Shown here piece by piece: positions 43,478-54,400 of a stretch of 64,000 nucleotides of DNA. How positions within the stretch are numbered: position 1 is the first letter of the stretch; each line of letters opens with the position of its first letter. The position numbers and the translations under genes were made by a program. Source of the DNA: Thecamonas trahens ATCC 50062 (Eukaryota; Protista; Apusomonadida); assembly GCF_000142905.1 (NCBI RefSeq), contig NW_013657619.1, positions 68,735-132,734 of the forward strand, written 5' to 3'. Under the pieces are notes generated by a model. It was not told the origin of the DNA. It saw only the letters and a program-made list of their open reading frames with translations, and searched no databases.

Positions 43478-44341
43478 ATGTCTGCAAACATGTCTTCGGT
43501 TAAGCCACTGGTGGAGCCGGGAACGGCTGTGGCGCCCGAGGTTGTGCCTGCCGAGTCCAAGCTCTCGTGGCTCCAGCTGCCGTCGTTTGCTCCGCTCAAT
43601 GCCCGAGCTGATCGTATGGCGTGCCGAGGGTGTGGACGGAAGAGCAAGTACTTCTGCCCGCAGTGCAAGGTGTTTATGGGAGACATCATCGATGGGACTG
43701 TCCCTCGTATCGATCTCCCCATCGATCTCCACATCATGCATCATCCCAAGGAGAAGCTGGCAAAGAGCACCGCTGTCCATGCCGCTGTCCTCGCCCCAAA
43801 CACAACCTACTTTCACGAGTTCCCGGACATCCCTCGCTTTGATGCTGGTGATACTCTGCTGGTCTACCCGGATCCGGCTGCTCCCACTCTTGACGATCTT
43901 GCTGCTGCGGGGAAGCTCGCCAACTACACCCGCGTCGTCTTTGTCGACGCCCAGTGGCGTCAGTCGCGCGCCGTCATGCGCCACGCCAATCTACAGGACC
44001 TGCCGCGTGTCCGCATGAACTCGTACGAGACTCTGTTCTGGCGCTACCAGCCGGGCATGGACGCCACCTACCTCGCCACCATCGAGGCCATCTACTACTT
44101 TTACCGCGAGTACGCCCGCGCCGCTGCAGACGACGGCTCGTACGACGGCCGCTACGACGGCCTCATGTATCTCTTTGCCCACCAGTACGAGCTCATCCAG
44201 GGTGTCTACAACTCGACCGGTGCCCGCTTTGGCCACATCCCCTCGTTCCCGCGCATCGCTCAGAACGCCGCCGCAGACCAGCCCGTCGACAAGCCGGCCG
44301 ACAAGCACGTTGACACGCCGGCCGACAAGCCGGCCGAGTAG
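43478..44341 (+). CDS. DTWD1: tRNA-uridine aminocarboxypropyltransferase, DTW domain protein 1-like
   Basis: CxxC..YFCxxC zinc motif, HHPKE..AKSTAVHA, LVYP, VVFVDAQW, T.FWRYQ, LATIEAIYYF, YDGLMYLF. Confidence 0.9.
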   Translation: MSANMSSVKPLVEPGTAVAPEVVPAESKLSWLQLPSFAPLNARADRMACRGCGRKSKYFCPQCKVFMGDIIDGTVPRIDLPIDLHIMHHPKEKLAKSTAVHAAVLAPNTTYFHEFPDIPRFDAGDTLLVYPDPAAPTLDDLAAAGKLANYTRVVFVDAQWRQSRAVMRHANLQDLPRVRMNSYETLFWRYQPGMDATYLATIEAIYYFYREYARAAADDGSYDGRYDGLMYLFAHQYELIQGVYNSTGARFGHIPSFPRIAQNAAADQPVDKPADKHVDTPADKPAE

Positions 44342-44456
44342 CCTGCCGAGTAGCTGGCCAACTAGCCTCATAAATCAATCCGTCGTGTTGCGCACGTAGC
44401 TCACAGTCCTGATACAGCCCACGTCACACCACACTGATACACTTGTCTCGCCGACC

Positions 44457-45029
44457 ATGGCGCTCCGATGGCCGTGGCAACGATGGTATCCTCTCCACCA
44501 CGCCATCTGCCGCCCATCGCCCAGCGATGCGTTGCAATTTGCCGCCTCCACCGGATCCTGCGTCTTCTGTCGCCTGCCTGATCCCTCGCCTCTGCCCGGG
44601 CCGCCGCAAGCCGCTCTTCCCAGCTTCGTCGTCATGCCCGACGCGCGACCGCGCGCGACCAAGCACAACCTCGTCATTCCCACCAGCCACATCGGACTCG
44701 ACGACCTTGTTGCCAAGCCTGATGCTGTCACAGTACTTTATCATCTTGCTCGCCTCGCCCTCGACAGCCTCGGCCGGAGCAAGATCAAGCCAGAAGACGG
44801 CCTTGTCGCGCCCGATCTCCGCATCGGCTTTCACCCGCCGCCGTTCTGCTCGCACCCACACCTCCATCTCCACGCCATCGAACTTCCCTTTACCAGCCAC
44901 GCCAACTCGCTCCGCTTTGCCGCCAACTCGCTCCACTTTGGTTATGTCTCGCTCGCCCAAGTCATCGATCTCGTCGCCGCCCGCGACGCCTCCGCCTACA
45001 CCGCCGCCTCTCGACCGCCGTCCCCATGA
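44457..45029 (+). CDS. HINT3: Histidine triad nucleotide-binding protein 3-like
   Basis: CVFC, D..P.A..H.LVIP..H, and RIGFHPPPFCSHPHLHLH (HINT3-type GFHxPPF signature plus the HxHxH triad). Confidence 0.85.
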   Translation: MALRWPWQRWYPLHHAICRPSPSDALQFAASTGSCVFCRLPDPSPLPGPPQAALPSFVVMPDARPRATKHNLVIPTSHIGLDDLVAKPDAVTVLYHLARLALDSLGRSKIKPEDGLVAPDLRIGFHPPPFCSHPHLHLHAIELPFTSHANSLRFAANSLHFGYVSLAQVIDLVAARDASAYTAASRPPSP

Positions 45030-45388
45030 CCATCCGCCGCCGTCCGCCTCCTTCACCACCACCGCCACCACCACCACCACCACCACCACTGCAGAAGCAC
45101 TACCTCGCCACTTGTACCCGCTACCTCCCCCCATCCCCCTCCCCCCCCCCCCCTTGCCTCCCCTTCAATCCCCGCGCCGCCATCGCTAGACAACAGCCAA
45201 CCCAGCCAGCCAACAGAGCACAGCCATTGCCCACATCCACGATCATCGGATGATGGCACGCTACACTGGTGGCGACATGGGCGATGTGTGCATGGTGCGG
45301 GTGCTGTGCCCTCTACTTCTCTGGTTGAGCACTCTCCTCTCCCCTCACTCTTGCCATCGGCCACACTTCGCTCACCCACCGGGTCATC

Positions 45389-46471
45389 ATGGGCATGTCC
45401 AGGGCGGCCAAAGTGGCTGAGGGGAATGAGAGCGGAAGTGGAGAGATGCTCGAGAACAAGAGGTCGACCGAGCACAGCAGCGCAGCCTCGCACTCGTCAT
45501 CCGAGTTGGTGTCGTCGACGGAAAAGGATGTTGTCGAGGAGAAAGGCAGCATGGGCTCCAGAGTTGTCGAGGATAACGAGAGGCTGGCCAGGTGGAGGCG
45601 AAAGTCGCGGGCAGGCCGGCGCGGAATCAAGATCGCTGGAGTTGGAGCTGTTGTCATTGCTCTAACTACTCTGATTGTGCCGCTCGTCATGGGCTACGCC
45701 CGCAACGGATCCATGATGGGCTTGGCCTTTCCGGGCCCAGCAACGGTGGCGCTCCTTGCGCTGGCCGGACTGGTCAGCCATCGCGCCCACCCGCTCGAGA
45801 TCTGGGTCGTTCCGGTTATATTCGCCTTTATCCCCTTTGTGGCTTCCTTTACCGTTGCTGGTGGCTATCTCCCCATGTTTGTCTCGACCTACACCGAGCT
45901 GTACACTGGGCCGATGCCTGCGGCGGGAAGCGCGGGCATGGAGCGGATGCTGGCGCCCGGCATCTCGTGGGCGCGGCTCGATGCCGGCTCGTACGAGGTG
46001 CTGGCCAACCACACGGCGGTGATGATGAAGAGAAACAGGCACGGCGATATTGCGCCGTGGGCTGCAGTGGCGCCGCTGGTGCCGGCGTGTGGCGCCGGAG
46101 GCTGCACCGGCCCGCGGACAGTTGTGGCCTGGATTGTTGGCTGTCCTTCGTTTGAGTGCGACGGGCGGGTGCCCAAGCTTCCGATCATGACCTCGAGCGA
46201 GCACCTGGTGCGGAGCGATATGCGTCTGTTTGGCCGGATCTACGGCTCGTTTGGCGCCGGCATTGCCTCGTCGGTGGCCTCGTTTGGTCCGGACCTTGTC
46301 CTGGGCTCGAGCTTTGCCACCTTTGAGCTGACGAGCCTCGCCGAGGCACGGCTGCGATTCGGCCTCCTTGCGCTACTCACGCCTATTTTCTCGCCGATGG
46401 TCACCTGCTTAATGATCGGTTGGGTGTGGTTCGACCTGCTCCCGCCGGACCGGGTCGGCGCCTGGGGCTAG
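45389..46471 (+). CDS. Hypothetical membrane protein (3 N-terminal TM, Cys-containing loop, C-terminal TM)
   Basis: 360-aa ORF with four hydrophobic stretches. No family recognised. Confidence 0.65.
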   Translation: MGMSRAAKVAEGNESGSGEMLENKRSTEHSSAASHSSSELVSSTEKDVVEEKGSMGSRVVEDNERLARWRRKSRAGRRGIKIAGVGAVVIALTTLIVPLVMGYARNGSMMGLAFPGPATVALLALAGLVSHRAHPLEIWVVPVIFAFIPFVASFTVAGGYLPMFVSTYTELYTGPMPAAGSAGMERMLAPGISWARLDAGSYEVLANHTAVMMKRNRHGDIAPWAAVAPLVPACGAGGCTGPRTVVAWIVGCPSFECDGRVPKLPIMTSSEHLVRSDMRLFGRIYGSFGAGIASSVASFGPDLVLGSSFATFELTSLAEARLRFGLLALLTPIFSPMVTCLMIGWVWFDLLPPDRVGAWG

Positions 46472-46551
46472 ACCGCCGGCGGCGGCGGCGGTGGCGGCGG
46501 TGGTGGTGGTGTGGTTCACGGCTGCAGACACAGCGAGATGGCCGGCGAGGC

Positions 46552-48639
46552 TCAGAGTGCGCCAGTGGCGACGGGCGCGACCGCCATTGGCAGCGGGGTA
46601 TCACGCGATGGCGGCAGCACGCTAGCAACCAGCGGGACGCTGGCGGGCGGCACGTCGATGACGTCGAGCGTGTCCATCGGATGGGTCGGCGGCACGACCG
46701 AGACGTCAACGATGGCCTCCCAGGTCGGGATGGGCTGGTCAAGCGCAGTTGGCGGAGCCCAGACGTTGAGCAGGCGTGAGTACGGCAGCAGGGTACGGAT
46801 GGTCTCGTAGACCTGGGTTGGCTTCTTGCGCAGCTCCGGATCGCGCATAAAGTCAAAGATGACGTCAGTGTTGCGCTGGTGGCGGAGGTCGAGCGAGCGG
46901 CCGCACTTGCGAAAGATGAGCAGCGTGAGCTTGGACGACTTGAAGACCGATGAAGGCGACTCGTGGAACTTGTGGTTGCGGTTGAGGACGATCCACACCA
47001 AGTTCTCGACGTACTTGAGGCCCCAGGCCTCAAAGATGCGCACAACATGCGGGAGCGTGAGCTTGTCGGTCCACACAAAGATGAGGCCGCCCGGGAAGAG
47101 CGCGTCCGAGAGGCGTAGCTCTTCGAGCTGCGAGATGGAGATCGAGTTGGGGAAGGCCGGCTCCGAGTCGAGGCGGAGGGTGGGTGAGAGCAGGATGCCC
47201 TCGTAGCCCTCGCCAAAGACATCCCAAGGCGTGCGGAGAATGTCGGCGACGCGGACGGTACCGGGCGACCGGCCGTGCTCCGAGAGGCCAACAAGGTGAG
47301 AGGCCTCCATGAGATCGGGCGGGAGCGACGACGGCGGCTGGCCGGCGGGCCGGATGCGGTGGCACCATGTCCGCAGCTGGGGGTACTCGGGCAGGCGGAT
47401 GTACTGCGGCTGACGCGGGTCGACGTCCTTTTCGCGCTTCTTGAACACAAACTTGCGGCCAAACTCGTCCAGCAGTTCGCAGCGCATGAACGAGGTCCGC
47501 GGCTTGGGCACCGACGCCTTGGCCTTCTTGGCCGCCGCCCGCGCCGCCTTGCGCTCGCGGATCTTCTGCGCTCGCATCTCGCGCCGCAGCCGTGCCTCCT
47601 CCATCTTGCGCGCCTTGGCTTCCAGCCGTCGCGCCTTCTTCAACGCCGCTGCCGCCCGCCTCGCCTCCATCTTGGCCTCCATCTTGGACGACTGCGACCG
47701 CTTGCGCTTGCGCTTCTTCGGCTTGGCCGCATACTCAAGATCCCACCATCCGTCGTCCTCCAGCACCGCCACAAACGCCGCGTCGTCGTCGTCCGACTCG
47801 GAGTTTTCGAAAAACGCCTCGTTTTGCTCCAAGAACCGGTCCAGCTCGGCCTTGTCTGCCGCCACGTCGCCCGACTCGAACACAAAATCAGTCTGCAGCA
47901 GCGTGACTGGCTGCAGCGACGTCATCCGAAACACCTCCTCCAGCTGTGCCTGCGTCAGTTCCTGTGAGCCCGACTGTGCCGGCATCGACGCCCTGGTCGT
48001 ATCCACCCCGCGATCCTCATCTCCGCCATCCGCTACCACCTCACCGATCGCAGTTGCCTCGGCCGCCGACACCTCGGCCGCCTCGGCCTGGGCCGCCGCC
48101 TCAGCGGCAGCCTTGGCCTTGACCGACTCCAGGGCTTCAAACTTGCGCATGATCGACTCGATCGATTCAAAGTCCTCCGCGTATCCCACATACAGCGATG
48201 CCCTGTGATGTCCTGCGTGAGTTACTTGACGTGGCGAGCGAGTCTCTGTAGCAGCTGGCTGCCAACACTGTCACCGTTGCAGCTGATCAAGGCCATCAAC
48301 ACAGAAGGCGTCGACATTGATGCCGTCGGCGTCCACAACTGCACACCGATCATGATGATGATCGTGACGATGACGATGATGATGATGATCTTGATCGTGC
48401 ATGTGGCGTTGTACGGACATATATAATGCGTGTGTGTATGTAGTGGGGGGGGGGGGGGAGCCATGGGTTGGTTGGCACTATTGGTTGCCATTCATCACCA
48501 TTCGTTGCCATTCATCACCATATCGTTACCGTTCGTTGCCAATGATCACACCCTTGGCTACACTCTCGGTTGCCTGCCGAGCGGTCACTCCGCTGGCTCG
48601 ACGGCTTGAGATTTCCTCACATTTACCTGTGCTGGCCAT
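46552..48639 (-). CDS. MT-A70 family methyltransferase-like protein, inactive MTA9/AMT6-7-like subunit; probable exons 48639-48530 and 48202-46552
   Basis: C-terminal MT-A70 fold: ADIL, YEGILLSPTL (at the DPPW position), GLIFVW, WGLKYVENLVW, SKLTLLIFRK, LRHQRNTDV, KKP.QVYETI..LLP, LLNVWA. N-terminal YVGY.ED.ESIE.IMRKFE.LE and QLEEVFR.TS. The first exon is inferred from GTAACG...AACTCAC...CAG; an alternative model is 48639-48627 spliced to 48245. Confidence 0.8.
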
Positions 48640-48759
48640 CTTTGCCAGCATATCGTGCCAATTGGCACGGGCCCCATCGCTAGCTCGCGTACACACGAGA
48701 TCAAGACCCCACATCCGTCGCCAGCTGCTGGCCACCGCCACCGGCCACCACTCGTCGCC

Positions 48760-49635
48760 ATGTCCGCCAACCCGCCGGGTGCCCAGGCCATTCAACGGAT
48801 GGCTGCAGAGGTCTCCGCCACCCATGCCTCGGTCACCTCGTCGCCCATGCCTTCGTCTCTGTCTGCAGGTTCTCTAGCGCCCACAGGGCGGGCTCGCGAG
48901 CGTGGTGCTGCTGCAGGGACCGCCGGCGGCGCGAGCGGCTCGCCGGGTGGCGCCGCGTCTGTGGCAGGGCCGAGCATCGGCGGCAATGCCACCGGCGTGT
49001 CAGGCTCACTCGGCAGACGGAAGAAGAAGCGGCTGCCCGAGTTTGATGATGACACCCGGGCCGATCTGGCCAAGGCCTTTGCCTTTCTCGACCACGATGG
49101 CTCGGGCCGCATCGGTCCGGCAGAGCTCAAGATCGCGTTTGAAGCCCTCGGCAAGCGCCCGAGCCAGGAGGAGCTGAAGAAGATCGTGGCTCACTACGGG
49201 AAGCGGGAGGCATCGCTTGATTTTGACCAGTTTGTCACCATCATGCGCGAGAAGATGTGGGAGGAGGATACCGACGAGGACATCTCCCGCGCCTACGTCC
49301 TCTTCAATGCGCCCGAGCCCTTCCTCGACACCTCAGTCCTCTTCCCGCCGCCGCCCGACCAGGTCCGCGCCAACTCCTCCACCCTTGACAAGCTTGTCGA
49401 GTCTGCCGATGGCATTTCTTTTGACGACCTCGCTCGCATTGCAGAGCTTGTGGGCGAGGAGCTCACCCACGAGGATCTGCAGGAGATGATGGAGGAGGCC
49501 TTCCTCGCCGGCGGCTCCTCCGCCCAGCGCCGCTACGTCCCGCTTGACGATGCCGGCTATCCCGACCTGCGCATCACCCGCGAGATGTTCGAAAAGGTCA
49601 TGCGCGAGGGTGCGCGCTCCTTCACGGGCTCGTAG
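48760..49635 (+). CDS. Divergent centrin-like EF-hand protein
   Basis: AFAFLDHDGSGRI..AELKIA..ALG, LDFDQFVTIM..KM, DTDEDISRAY.LF, GISFDDL.RIA..VGEELT.EDLQEMMEEA. There is a long N-terminal extension, and EF3 and EF4 carry insertions. Confidence 0.8.
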   Translation: MSANPPGAQAIQRMAAEVSATHASVTSSPMPSSLSAGSLAPTGRARERGAAAGTAGGASGSPGGAASVAGPSIGGNATGVSGSLGRRKKKRLPEFDDDTRADLAKAFAFLDHDGSGRIGPAELKIAFEALGKRPSQEELKKIVAHYGKREASLDFDQFVTIMREKMWEEDTDEDISRAYVLFNAPEPFLDTSVLFPPPPDQVRANSSTLDKLVESADGISFDDLARIAELVGEELTHEDLQEMMEEAFLAGGSSAQRRYVPLDDAGYPDLRITREMFEKVMREGARSFTGS

Positions 49636-49638
49636 TGT

Positions 49639-50690
49639 TTACCGCCCCGCCTCGTCGGCAAACCGGACGCGGCCACGCCGCGCGCGCTGGCTGCCTCCCA
49701 CTCGCGCTGTCACCCTCAGCCCATTGCCGCGAATCTCCACCCGCCGCCCACCACCGCTGCCGATCGCGCGACCGCGCCGCGCCTCGGCTCGCTCCAGTGA
49801 GAACAGGCCTGGCGGCCGGAGGTTCGGGTCGAACAGGCCCGGCCCGAGCGTGCCGTCGCACAGCTTGCGCCGCCGCTGCCCCGATGCCTCGGCACGTACC
49901 ACGCGCATCCGTGTCCCGTCGTTCCCTGCGCGGACGTGGATCACCAGCTTGGCCGCTGGTCCATCCGCCGAGCTCCCTGGCCGCAGCAGTCCCGACATCG
50001 ACTGCCGCAGCTGGTCGAGCGACGAGACCGACGACAAGGAGTCGACCGACGCCTGTGCTTCGAGCCTGTCACGCCGTAAACTAGATGTGCTATCGGGGAC
50101 AGCCTCCAGCTCGGCCTCTATCTCGAGACGTGCCGCCACCTCGGCCCGGAGCTCCGACTCAACCTGCTGCCTCGCGATCACCTCGTTCTTCAGCCGCAGC
50201 CGCAGCTCCGCAATCTCTGCCCGGCAAGCCGCGTGCCCGTCGCTGCCTCTATCTATCGGGAGGTCCAGCTCCTGCTGCGACTGTGCCAGCGACGCCTCGG
50301 CCTTGGCGATCACTTCAGATATCCGCGATGAGACCCGGAGGCTCTCAGACTCGACGAGCTGCGACAGTCGCATGCTCGCAGAGCCGTCGGCGTTGCCATC
50401 TCCGGCCTCGGTCTCGGGTGCGACTAGCGGCCCCGCATACGCGTGCAGCTGCGCCAAATACGGCGATGCAGACCCATCCCATGATCCAAGGTCCATCGAT
50501 AGTCCCCGCAGTGCGTCCATCAGCGAGAGCGCCGCCTCGTCCGAGTCATCGTCCTCTGCCGCATGCTGACGCTGCAGACTGTCGGCCAGCGGCGAGACCA
50601 TCGCTGACGACACCAGTTCCATCGCCGGTGACGCCGAACGCTGCCGTCTGCGCACCAACGCGGGCATCATTGCCCCGCCGCTCGCCGACC

Positions 50691-50734
<44 letters not shown>

Positions 50735-51276
50735 AGCACGCCCCTCCCAACACTTGCCGCCGCCACAGCCTGCATGCCCTGCTGGACCTCCATCGCGCGC
50801 GCGACGTGCATTACCCTTGCCTGCATCACACCGCCATCATCATTACCGTTGCTCTCCCCGCCGTTGACGATCGCCACGGTGTCGGAACCACGACCTCCAT
50901 GACTGCCACCGCCGCCGCCGCCCCCAGCACCTGCCACTGCTGCTGCTGCTGCTGCTGCTGCTGCACCACTCCGCCGCCCCATCAGCGATGACTGCCACAA
51001 CTCGTCACCACGCTCGCCACCACTTCCGCTTCTGCTTCCGCTTCCGCCCAGTCTGGCACCGTGCCTTCTTTGCCGGTTGGCCTTCTTCCGCAGCGCATAG
51101 TGCGCCGTCAGGGCAGCCGACCGCGCCCGACGAGGCTCCCACGACGCGCTTGGGGAGACAGGCGCGGGGTGCACAGGCTGCGGAGTGGCCGACGGCGCAG
51201 GCCCTCGCTGCCCAAGCCAAGCCTGTCGTCGACCATCTCGCCGTGCTTCTCCCTCGCGCCGCCTTTGTCTACGCAT
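49639..51276 (-). CDS. Hypothetical low-complexity/coiled-coil protein
   Basis: Long ORF with poly-A, poly-G and (GS)n tracts and a short coiled coil (RAEIAELRLRLKNEVIARQQVESELRAE). The start is uncertain. Confidence 0.5.
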
Positions 51277-51436
51277 CCTCCGCAAAGCCAAGTCTGGCGC
51301 CAAAGCCAGCGTCAGGGCTGAGCCCGCCAGCGCTCGCCCGCCTCGGCGCCAAAGGCCGGCACGCCGTCGTGCTCACCACACAATTCAATCGCGGCTATCG
51401 GTGTGACTGGACGCTAGTCGGGAGAAGATATGGCTG

Positions 51437-54400
51437 CTACGCACGAGGCTCGATGAGGAGTGACCGGTCGTAGAGAGCGTCATCGTCGGGGTAAGCGAGT
51501 TCGGCGTCGGTGGTGCTCGCCCGGAGGAGGTTGAGGAGGTCAGGGTAGGGAACAAAGTCGTAGGTGAGCGCAGTCTGCCAGCGGACAATCTTGTGGACCA
51601 CGTGCTCGGCGACGTATGCGCCCTTACGCATGTTGATAAGCCCAGTCTCCGCGTCGATGTCTGGGTTCGCCTCGTCCATCTTGAACAGATCCTGCAGGTA
51701 CTGGCCAAGGTACGGGATAAAGGTCGGAAGCGGGTCGAGAAGCGCGGCGTCGGGCTCAAACGACCGCGGACCGGCACCGCGCGCCGGATCAAACAGCAGT
51801 GTCCGCAGCTGGTCGAGTACCGCCCGCAACTCGTCCGGAACGAGCGCCCACGACGCGTGCAGCCGCTTGATCGGTGTCGAGACTAGCGCAGAGACGACCT
51901 CCATCAGCCCGTTGGCGTTGGCCAACTCCCCCAGAGCGTGGGCCACCCGAATGTATGCCTCGAGCACGCAGGCACGCGCCTCAGGCGTCGGCTCCTCGAG
52001 CACCGCCACCTGGAACCGACGGACCATGGCGTCAAAGTGATTGATAAAGGCAAGGATGTTGGGCGCGAGCGCGTGGGCCTGCGCATGCTTCCACGCCTTG
52101 TCGAAAAACTCCTCCGGCCGGATCCGCCGGAACAGCTGCGACTCGTAGAGGCACATCTGCCGCGCCACCTCGATCGGATTTGCCGACGCCAATGACGGCG
52201 GCCCGCTCGCCACACGAGGCCGCGGCGGATCGACCACCGCCACAGGCGGCGGCCCGGCCTCGCCAAACACAAGAATCGGGTGCATGCAGTCGCCGCGGTT
52301 GTTCGCCTCCAGCAGCTCCAAAAGATATTCGGCCTCGGCGACCATCCCCATCCGCGGAAGCAAGACTCCACACAGCGTCCGCAGCAGCTCTGCCGGTTCC
52401 GGATCGGTGCCAAAGTCGACGTGCGAGAGCGCGAGCCATCGCTTGAGAACGTAGACAACACGCGCAAGGCCCCAGCTTGCCGCAGATGGTGCAGCAAGCG
52501 ACGCAAACGGATCATCCGCCCCGTGCGCTTCCGCCAGCCGACAGAGCCGGACCATTGCCGCCTCCATCAGCTGCGTCGGCGAGAGGAACCGCCGGTACGA
52601 GACCAGGAAGGCATCGACAAAGCTGTCGTCCGGCGACGACAGCGCGTGGTAGACTAGCCCGCGGATGTTGCCCGACACCACGTGCCGCCGGGACAGCAGC
52701 CGGGAAACGGTGCCCCTGCTGTCGGTCGACGGCGGGCCGGAGCTCTCTGTGGTCACCTCAGCCGCGACCGGACACAGTCCCGGCGCCGTCCACGGCGAGT
52801 GCTCGCACCCGTCGGCGCCGAGGACGCCAACTAATGCCGCCATTTGCCCGGCGGCAGTGCCAGCCAGCTCAGGCGCCGCCATGACGTGTGCCTCGTGGAG
52901 GAGTGCCACCAGCTGCCGCTTCTCCAGATGCAGTCGCAGATTCTCCGCCGCCATGACTGCCAGTTGGTGGGCAACAAGCCTGTTGTGCTTGGCCACGTCG
53001 GCGGCGGCAACCTGCATCGAGTTGAGGACTTGGAAGAGGCCGGCCTTGGTCCGCGGCTTGCGCCGCCGCCGCCGCCGCGGCCGGCCTCCGCGCCTCCCGG
53101 CCTCCATCGCCACCACCGCAGGCATTGACGCATGCTGGCCAACAATGACCATCGAGCTAAAGTCCGAGTCGTGGCCGCCGTCACCAACATCGTCGTCGTA
53201 CGAGTACTCGTCGCCGTCGGATCGCAGCTCCAAGTCAAGCGTGCTAAAGACTTCGGTAAACGACCGCGCGCGCTGCCGCGGTGGCCTGGCGTCCAGCGAC
53301 GAGTACAACGCTGTGAGGCCCAATCTGCCACTTCCGCCGCCGACCCCGCCAGCGCCTGGCTGCGGTGCAAGCAGCGCACCCGGCGCCACTCCACGAACAA
53401 GCGCGGGCGCAAAGGCTGCCGCTCCGGTCACATGGTCCGTCAGCAGCTCCATCGTCTTGATCAGCTTGTCCCCAAGCTCTACAAGGTGATACGCATCCCA
53501 GCAAATGACTGCATTGCCGACAGCAAGAATGACCAGCACAAACAGCATGAGCACCACGTTCAGCGCAGCTTGGATCCGCAGCGTGTGCGAGACGTTGAAC
53601 CGCGCCACAGACGTGTCGGTCGTAACCGTCTCAATGAACGTGTTCCGCACCAGCCGCATGTCAAAGTCGCCGCCGAGCACCACCGTGTTGTTCACCACCA
53701 GCTGCACCGCGCGCACCGACGACGAGTACGGCTGCAGGTAGAGCGGGATGACAGATTGGAGCGCATGCTGCGGATCCAGCTGCCACGCGCCCTCAACCGC
53801 ATTGAGCCCGGCCTGTGCATGCGGCTGCCACTCGAGCGGCCATTGGAGGAGAGTCGCCGCAATAAAGAGGAGGAGCACAAGCGCAGTCACCTTGTTGGTC
53901 GTCGATTGGATGATGACCTCGCCAAACCGGAACGACGGCGGGCCTGGTTTGCTCGGCGACGTTGCGGCCTGCTTGGTCGGCAGCGCAAAGAACGAGGTGT
54001 TCATCCCGACAGCCTCGTCACCAGCGCCCGGCACCGCTTCGTCGAGCGCGTCCACTGGGTGTGGCTGCTGCTTGACGATCTTCTCGATACGAACCAGTGT
54101 GAGCAGCCGTGCTGCCCGCGCAGACACCCGCGCCTCCCGCCCAGCCTTGGCCAGCTTGAACGACGCCGACGAGAGCAAGTCGACGCCAAACAGCGCCGCA
54201 AAGTCGGGCGCAAACGAGAGTAGAGTCACTGCATCGAGGATGAAAAAGAACGAGGTGAGGTACTCGCGCCCGCGCACAATCGCCGTCACCGCCATCTCTA
54301 CCACAAACATGACAAAAACAACAAGCTTGAGCAGGAGAAGGAAGAACGGAAGATTGGCATCTCGCGGATCCGGCAGCTCGGCCAGCACCTCGATGTTGTC

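Noticed and set aside
20230-49635. Ciliary gene cluster (FAM161, IFT56, centrin-like)
   Set aside because: The genes are interspersed with unrelated housekeeping genes. Three ciliary genes in 64 kb is plausible by chance in a flagellate.
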